In this document: positions 57,147 to 64,000 of the stretch, piece by piece
How the letters are laid out: the number at the start of each line of letters is the position of its first letter
Position numbering within the stretch: the first letter of the stretch is position 1
The notes under the pieces: model-generated
What the model was told of the DNA's origin: nothing
What the model saw: only the letters and a program-made list of their open reading frames with translations
Databases searched by the model: none
Made by a program: the position numbers and the translations under genes
NCBI GenBank assembly: GCA_009914755.4
Contig: CP068257.2
Coordinates: 10,240,001 to 10,304,000 of the forward strand
DNA length: 64,000 nucleotides
Source: the human T2T-CHM13v2.0 reference genome, Homo sapiens
Direction of reading: 5' to 3'

Positions 57147-57223
57147 CTCTATTTCGATTGGATCTCACTCTGTCACCCAGACTTGTGTGCAGTGGCACAA
57201 TCTTAGCTCACCTTACATTTCAC
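57147..57223 (-). mobile_element. Old Alu 3'-end fragment copy
   Basis: 'ctctatttcgattggatctcactctgtcacccagacttgtgtgcagtggcacaatcttagctcaccttacatttcac'. Confidence 0.75.
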
Positions 57224-58256
57224 CATTCCATTCCATTCCATTCCATTCCATTCCATTCCATTCCATTCCATTCCAATCCATGGAAATCCACTCCACTCCA
57301 CTCCACTCCGCTCCACTCCTTTCTATTCCACTCCACCTCGTTCCATTCCATTCTATTCCTTTCCATTTCATTCCATTCCATTCCACTGCACTCCGATCCA
57401 CTTCACTCCATTCAACTCCACTCCATTCCACTCCACTACTTTCCATTCCATTCCATTTCATTCTGTTCCATTCCATTCCATTCTGTTCCATTCCATTCCA
57501 TTCAACTCAACTCCATTCCGTTCCCCTGCATTCCACTCCAATTCACTCCACTCCACTCCATTCCATTCCATACCATTCCATTCCACTGCACTCCTATCCA
57601 CTCCACACAACTCCACTCCACTGCACTCCACTCCACTCCGTTCCATTCCATTCCGTTCCATTTTATTTCTTTCCATTCCATTCCTCTCCATTCCACTCCA
57701 CTTCACTCCACTCCACTCCACTCCATTCCATTCCATTCCATTCCATTCCATTCCATTGCACACCAGTCCCTTCCATTCCATTCCATTCCTTTCCACTCCA
57801 CTCGACTGCAGTCCGTTCAATTAGGTTCCAATCCTTTGCTTTCCATTCCATTCCACTCCATTCCGTTCCACTCCACTCCTTTCTACTCCTCTCTTTTTCA
57901 CTCTATTCCACTCCATTCCACTCTACTCTGCTCCACTGTACTTTACTCCACTCCAATCCACTCCATTCCATTCCATTCCATTCCATTCCATTCCACTGCA
58001 CTCCGATACCCTCCACGCAACTCCACTCCACTCCACTCTTTTCCATTCCGTTCCATTCTGTTCTGTTCTGTTCCATTCCATTCCATGCCATTCAATTCCA
58101 CTCCACTCAACACAATTTCACTCCATTCCACTCCATTCCACTATAGTCTACTGAACTCCATTCCATTCCACTCCATTCCAAACCACTCCACTCCATTCCA
58201 CTCCATTCCATTTCACTCCACTCTATTCAATTCCATTCTACTCCATTCCATTGCAT

Positions 58257-58335
58257 TCCTTTGTTTCTTCTGGATCTCACTCTGTCACCCAGACTGGAGT
58301 TCAGTGGCACAATCTTAGAACACATTACATTTCAC
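58257..58335 (-). mobile_element. Old Alu 3'-end fragment copy
   Basis: 'ctttgtttcttctggatctcactctgtcacccagactggagttcagtggcacaatcttagaacacattacatttcac'. Confidence 0.75.
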
Positions 58336-59043
58336 CATTCCATTTCATTCCATTCCATTCCTTTCCATTCCACTCCACTCCACTCAACTCCTCTCCATTC
58401 CTGTGCACACCTTTCTATTCCATTCCATTCCATTCTACGGTAATCCAATCCATTCTAATCAACACCACTCCACTCCACTCTGCTCCACTCCGTTCCATTC
58501 CATTCCATTTCATTCCATTCCATTCCATTCCATTGCATTCCATTCCATACTATTCCTTTCCATTCCATTCCATTCCATTCCATTCCACTCTACTCAAATT
58601 CCATTCCACTCCATTCCACTCCACTCCACTACACTCCACTGCAATCCATTCCATTCCATTCCACTGCAAACCACTCCTTTCCATTCCATTCCATTCCATT
58701 CCTTTCCAGTCCTTTACTTTCCATACCATTCCACTCCATTCCATTCCACTCCACTCCTTTCCACTCTTCTCCATTTCACTCCATTCCACTCCATTACACT
58801 CCAGTCCGCTCCACTCCACTCCAATCCACTCCACTACACTCCAGTCCGCTCCACTCCACTCCACTCCACTCCATTCCACTCCATTCCATTCCACTCCAGT
58901 CCATTCCATTCCATTCCATTGCACTCCATTCCATTGCACTCCATTCCATTCCATTCCACTCCATTCCACTCCATTCCAATCCATTCCACTTCAATCCAAT
59001 CCACTACATTCCTTTCGTTTCTACTCCATTTCATTCCATTCAT

Positions 59044-59118
59044 TTATTTCGACTGGATCTCACTCTGTCATCCAGACTGGAGAGCAGTGGCAATATCTTA
59101 GCTCACATTTCATTTCAG
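59044..59118 (-). mobile_element. Old Alu 3'-end fragment copy
   Basis: 'tttatttcgactggatctcactctgtcatccagactggagagcagtggcaatatcttagctcacatttcatttcag'. Confidence 0.75.
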
Positions 59119-59913
59119 CATTCCATTCCATTCCATTCCAATCTATTCCACTCCATTCCATTCCATTGCATTCCATTCCACTGCACTCCCATCCACTCCA
59201 CTCAACTCCACTCCACTCCAGTGCACTAAGCTCAATTCCGTTCCCTTCCATTCGGTTGCTTTCCATTCTATACCCAACCATTCTATTCCACTCCACTCCA
59301 TTCCACTCCACTCCACTTCTCTCCATTCCCCTCAATTCCATTCCACTCCACTCCACTCCACTCCATTTCTTTCCATTCCACTCCTTTCCATTCCATGGCA
59401 TTCCATTCCATTTCATTCTATTCCACTCTACTCCATTCGATTCCACTCCATTCCAGTCCATTCCACTCCACTCCACTCCACTCTGCTCCACTCCAGTCAA
59501 CTCCATTCCACTCCACTCCACTTCATTCCATTCCATTCCATTCCATTCCACTGCAGTCCGATCCACTCCACCCAATTCCACTCCACTCCAACCATTCCAT
59601 TCCATTCCGTTCCATTCTATTCCGTTCTGTTCCGTTCCATTCCATTCTACACCATTCCATTCCACTCCACTCCACTCAACTTGACTCCACTCCATTCCAT
59701 TCCACTCCATTCCACTGCATTCCAATCCACTCCATTCCACCTCAATCCGTTCCTCTCCACTCCTCTCTATTCCATTCCTCTCCATTACATTCCACTCCAT
59801 TCCATTCCATTCCACCCCATTACACACCATTCCAATCCACTCCACTCCATTCCAATCCATCCAATTCCATTTTATTCCATTCCATTCCATTCTACTTTAT
59901 TCCATTCCATTCC

Positions 59914-59989
59914 CTTATTTCAATCGGATCTCACTCTGTCACCGAGACTGGAGTGCAGTGGCACAATCTTAGCATACACTACATTTCAC
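59914..59989 (-). mobile_element. Old Alu 3'-end fragment copy
   Basis: 'cttatttcaatcggatctcactctgtcaccgagactggagtgcagtggcacaatcttagcatacactacatttcac'. Confidence 0.75.
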
Positions 59990-60658
59990 CATTCCATTCC
60001 ATTCTTTTCCATTCCATTCCATTCCACTCCACTCCTCTCCACTCCACTCAATTCTGTTCCATTCCATTCCATTCCATCCAATTCCATTCCATTCCATTCT
60101 GTTCCATTCCATTCCATTCCATTCCATTCCATTCCATTCCATTCCATTGCCTTGCATTGCATTCCTTTCCATTGCATTCCATTCCTTTCCATTCCATTCC
60201 ATTCCATTCCACTGCACTCCGGTCCAATCCACTCCACTCCACTACGTTCAGTTCCGTTCCATTCAATTCTGTTCCATTCCATTCCGTTCCATTCTGTTCC
60301 ATTCCTTTCCACTCCCCTCCATACCATTCCACTCTATTCTACTCCACTTCACTCCACTCCACTCCACTCCACTCCACCCCATTCCATTCCATACCATTTC
60401 ATTCCGCTGCACTCCCATCCACTCCACACAACTCCACTCCACTCTGTTCCATTCTGTTCTGTTCCGTACCTTTCCATTCCATTCCACATCATTCCATTCC
60501 AATGCAGTCCATTCCACTCCACTCCATTCCACTCCGTTATACAGCAATCCATTCCACTCCACTCCATTCCACTCCACTCCACTCCATGCCCCACCATTCC
60601 CTTCCACTGCACTCCACTCCACTCCATTCCATTCCATTCTACTCCATTCCATTCCATT

Positions 60659-60735
60659 CCTTACTTCGACTGGGTCTCACTCTGTCACTCAGACAGGAAT
60701 GCAGTGGCACAATCATAGTTCACATTTCATTTCAC
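60659..60735 (-). mobile_element. Old Alu 3'-end fragment copy
   Basis: 'ccttacttcgactgggtctcactctgtcactcagacaggaatgcagtggcacaatcatagttcacatttcatttcac'. Confidence 0.75.
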
Positions 60736-61747
60736 CGTTCCAGTCCATTCCATTCCAGTTCATTCCATTCCACTCCAGTCCACTCTACTCCACTCCACTC
60801 TACTCCACTCCACTCAACTCCACTGCACTCCACTCAACTCCATTCTGTTCCGTTCCATTCCTTTCCTTTCCATTGCATTGCATTCCTTTCCATTCCATTC
60901 CATTCCACTCCACTCCACTCCATTCCACTCCGTACCTTCACATTCCACTCCAGTCCTCTCCACTCCACTCTACTACACTCCATTCCACTCCACCACATTA
61001 AACTTCACTCCACTACACTCCATTCCATTCCATTCCATTCCACTGTACTGCGACACACTCCACTCAATTCCAATCCACTCAACTCCACTACACTCCGTTC
61101 CATTCCATTCCATTCTGTTCTATTCCATTCAACTCCATTACACTCCACTGCACTCCACTCCACTCCATTTCACTCCATTCCACTCCATTCCACTGCACTC
61201 CACTCCACTAAACTCTATTCCATTCCACTCCATTTCAGTACATTCCATTCCACTCCATTCCACTCCACTCCATTCCTCTCGATTCCATTCCATTCCTCTC
61301 CATTCCACTCCATTCCACTCCACTCCAATTCCACTCCATTCCACTCCACTCCACTCCACTAAACTCCATTCCATTCCACTCCATGTCAGTCCATTCCACT
61401 CTACTGCATTGCACTACACTCCATTCCATTCCTCTCAATTCCATTCCTTTCCACTCCACTCCATTCCACTCCACTCCACTAAACGCCACTCCACTTCACT
61501 AAACTCCACTCCTCTCGACTCCATACCATTCCATTACATTCCATTACATTCCACTGCAGTCCGATCCACTCCAATCAACTCCACTCCACTCTATTCCACT
61601 TTGTTCCATTCCGTTCTGTTCTGTTCCGTTCTACTGCACTCCATTCCATTCCACTCCACTCTAATCCACTCTACTCCACTCCTTTCCTCTCCGTTACATT
61701 CCACATCACTCCATTCCATTGCATTTTACTCCATTCCGTTCCATTCC

Positions 61748-61823
61748 TTTATTTAGACTGTATCTCACTTTGTCACCCGTACTGGAGTGCAGTGGCACAA
61801 TCTTAGCTCACGTTTCATTTCAC
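61748..61823 (-). mobile_element. Old Alu 3'-end fragment copy
   Basis: 'tttatttagactgtatctcactttgtcacccgtactggagtgcagtggcacaatcttagctcacgtttcatttcac'. Confidence 0.75.
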
Positions 61824-62697
61824 CATTCCATTTCATTCCATTCCAATCCTTTCCATTCCACTCCGTTCCACTCCACTCCACTGCACTCCAATCTGCTGCA
61901 CTCCACTCCATTCCACTCCACTCCACTGCACTCCAATCCATTCCATTTCACTCTATGCCACTGCTTTCCATTACATTGCATTCCATTTCAATCCTCTCCA
62001 TTCCAATCCATTCCACTCCACTCCAATCCACTCCACTCCACTCCACTTCATTCCATTCCATTCCATTCCATTCCCTTCCACTCCACACCATTCCATTTTA
62101 CTCCACTCCCCTCTACTCCACTCCATTCCATTAAATTCCATTCCACTCCTCTTCATTCCATTCGATTTCATTCCATTCCATTACATTCCAGTCCACAGCA
62201 CTCCTATACACTCCACACCACTCCACTCCACACTACTCCACTCCATTCCATTCCTCTCCACTCCACTCCATTCCATTCCATTCCATTCCATTCCATTCCA
62301 TTCTACTCCACTGCATTCCATTCCATTCCACTCCACTGAAGTCCACCCACTCCATTTCACTCCATTCCACTTCCATCCACTCCATTCCACTCCATTCCAT
62401 TCCACTCCACTCCATTCCATTCCATTTCATTCCATTCCTTTCAATCCCACTCCATTCCACTCCATTTCACTCCACTCCTTCCACTCCTTTCCATTCCACT
62501 ACACTACATTCTCCTCCTTTCCATTCCATTCCTCTCCCTTCCATACCATTCCTTTCCACTCCATTCCACTCCACTCAATTCCATTCCACTCCATTCAATT
62601 CCATTCCACTCCATTACACTCTATTCCACTCTATTCCACTCCATTCCATTCCACTCTTCTCCCTTCCATGAAATTCTACTCCATTGTATTCCATTCC

Positions 62698-62773
62698 TTT
62701 ATTTCGACTGGATCTCACTCTGTGACCCAGACTGGAGTGCAGTGACAGAATTTTAGCTCACATTTCATTTCAC
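62698..62773 (-). mobile_element. Old Alu 3'-end fragment copy
   Basis: 'tttatttcgactggatctcactctgtgacccagactggagtgcagtgacagaattttagctcacatttcatttcac'. Confidence 0.75.
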
Positions 62774-64000
62774 CATTCCATTCCGTTCCATTTCATTCCA
62801 TTCTATTCCATTCCATTCCATTACACTCCAATCCACTCCACTCCACTCCTTTTCATTCCGTCCGACTCCACTCAACTCCCCTCCGCTTCACTCCACTCCA
62901 CTCCATTCCATTCCACTCCACTCCATTCCATTCCACTCCACTCCGTTACTTTCCTTTCCATTCCAGTCCACTGCACTCCAATCCATTCCTCTCAACCTCA
63001 CTCCAGTTCACTGTTTTCCATTCCGTTCCATTCCATTCCGTTCCATTTCATTCCTTTCCACTCCATTCCAATCCACTCCACTCTACTCCACTGCACTCCA
63101 CTCCATTCCATTCCATTCCGTTCCATTCCATTCCACAGCACTCCGATCCACTCCACTGCACTCCAATCCACTCCACTCCATTCCATTCCACTCCATTCCA
63201 TTACACTCCACTTCCCTCCATTTCAATCCACTCCCTTCCATTCCACTTCACTCCACTCCATTTTACTCCACTCCATTCAATTCCACTTCACTCCACTCCA
63301 TTCCACTCCACTCCATTCCATTCCATTCCTTTCCATGCCATTCCATTCCACTCCACTCCATTCCATTCCACTCCATTCCATTCCACTCCATTCCATTCCA
63401 TTCCATTCCATTCCATTCCATTCCATTCCATGCCATTCCATTCCATGCCATTCCTCTCCACTCCGTTCCACTCCACTCCACATCACTCCACTGGATTCCA
63501 TTTCAGTCCACTCCACTCCATTCCATTCAATTCCATTGCACTCCACTCCATTCCATTGTACTACAGTCCACCCAATTCCATTGTACTACACTCCACTCCA
63601 TCCCATTGTACTACACTCCACTCCATTCCACTGTACTCCACTCCACTCCACTCCACTCCAATCCACTTCGTTCCATTAAATTTCATTCCACTCCACTCCT
63701 TTCCATTTCATTCCATTCCATTCCAGTCCACTGCACTCTGATCCACTCCACTCAACTCCACTCCACTCCACTCCCCTCCACTCCTTTCCATTCCGTTCCA
63801 TTCCACTCCAATCTATTCCATTCCATTTCGTTCCATTCCATTCCATTCCACTGTACTGCATTTCATTCCTCTCCATTCACTCCACTCCACTCCCCTCATT
63901 CCATTCCATTCCATTCCACTGCACTCCAATCAATTCCACTCCACTCCACTCCATTCTATTCCATTCCACTCCATTATATTCCGTTGCACTTCACTCCATT

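Noticed and set aside
55991-58318. Very long ORFs (775 aa here; also 37779..40067 at 762 aa, 18273..20297 at 674 aa, and so on) that could be read as genes for repetitive proteins
   Set aside because: Their composition is strictly periodic penta-peptide ([10 protein letters not shown] on +, MEWNG on -). This follows directly from stop-free frames of ATTCC/GGAAT. They lie on both strands with overlapping frames over the same DNA and have no complex domains.

Overview
Human classical satellite DNA of the HSat3 type, (CATTC)n on the + strand = (GGAAT)n on the - strand, fills all 64 kb; there are no credible protein-coding, rRNA, tRNA or CRISPR features. Every ORF in the supplied track is a translation artefact of the pentamer: ATTCC-phased frames contain no stop codons, and the GGAAT strand reads ...ATG GAA TGG AAT GG..., giving endless 'MEWNG' peptides and, on + frames, 'HSIPF' peptides. 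The structure seen directly in the sequence is: (i) a near-identical (>99.5%) duplication of at least 10.5 kb, copy A at 1-~10,600 and copy A' at 27,672-~38,270, 27.67 kb apart, differing almost only by single-pentamer indels in pure ATTCC tracts; (ii) about 42 same-orientation copies of a ~75-bp CpG-decayed fragment of the Alu 3' end with a poly-A remnant, embedded in and co-amplified with the satellite, clustered in some domains and absent from others; (iii) one young full-length AluY (12,025-12,322, - strand) with a 14-bp target-site duplication, inserted into one of those old Alu-fragment copies; (iv) a ~1.4-kb higher-order sub-repeat at ~0.9-6.4 kb (and its A' copy) and again near 40-41 kb; (v) several short local tandem duplications of 60-240 bp. 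I find no novel protein-based biological system here; the points worth a second look are the satellite's architecture and the history of its mobile-element insertions.
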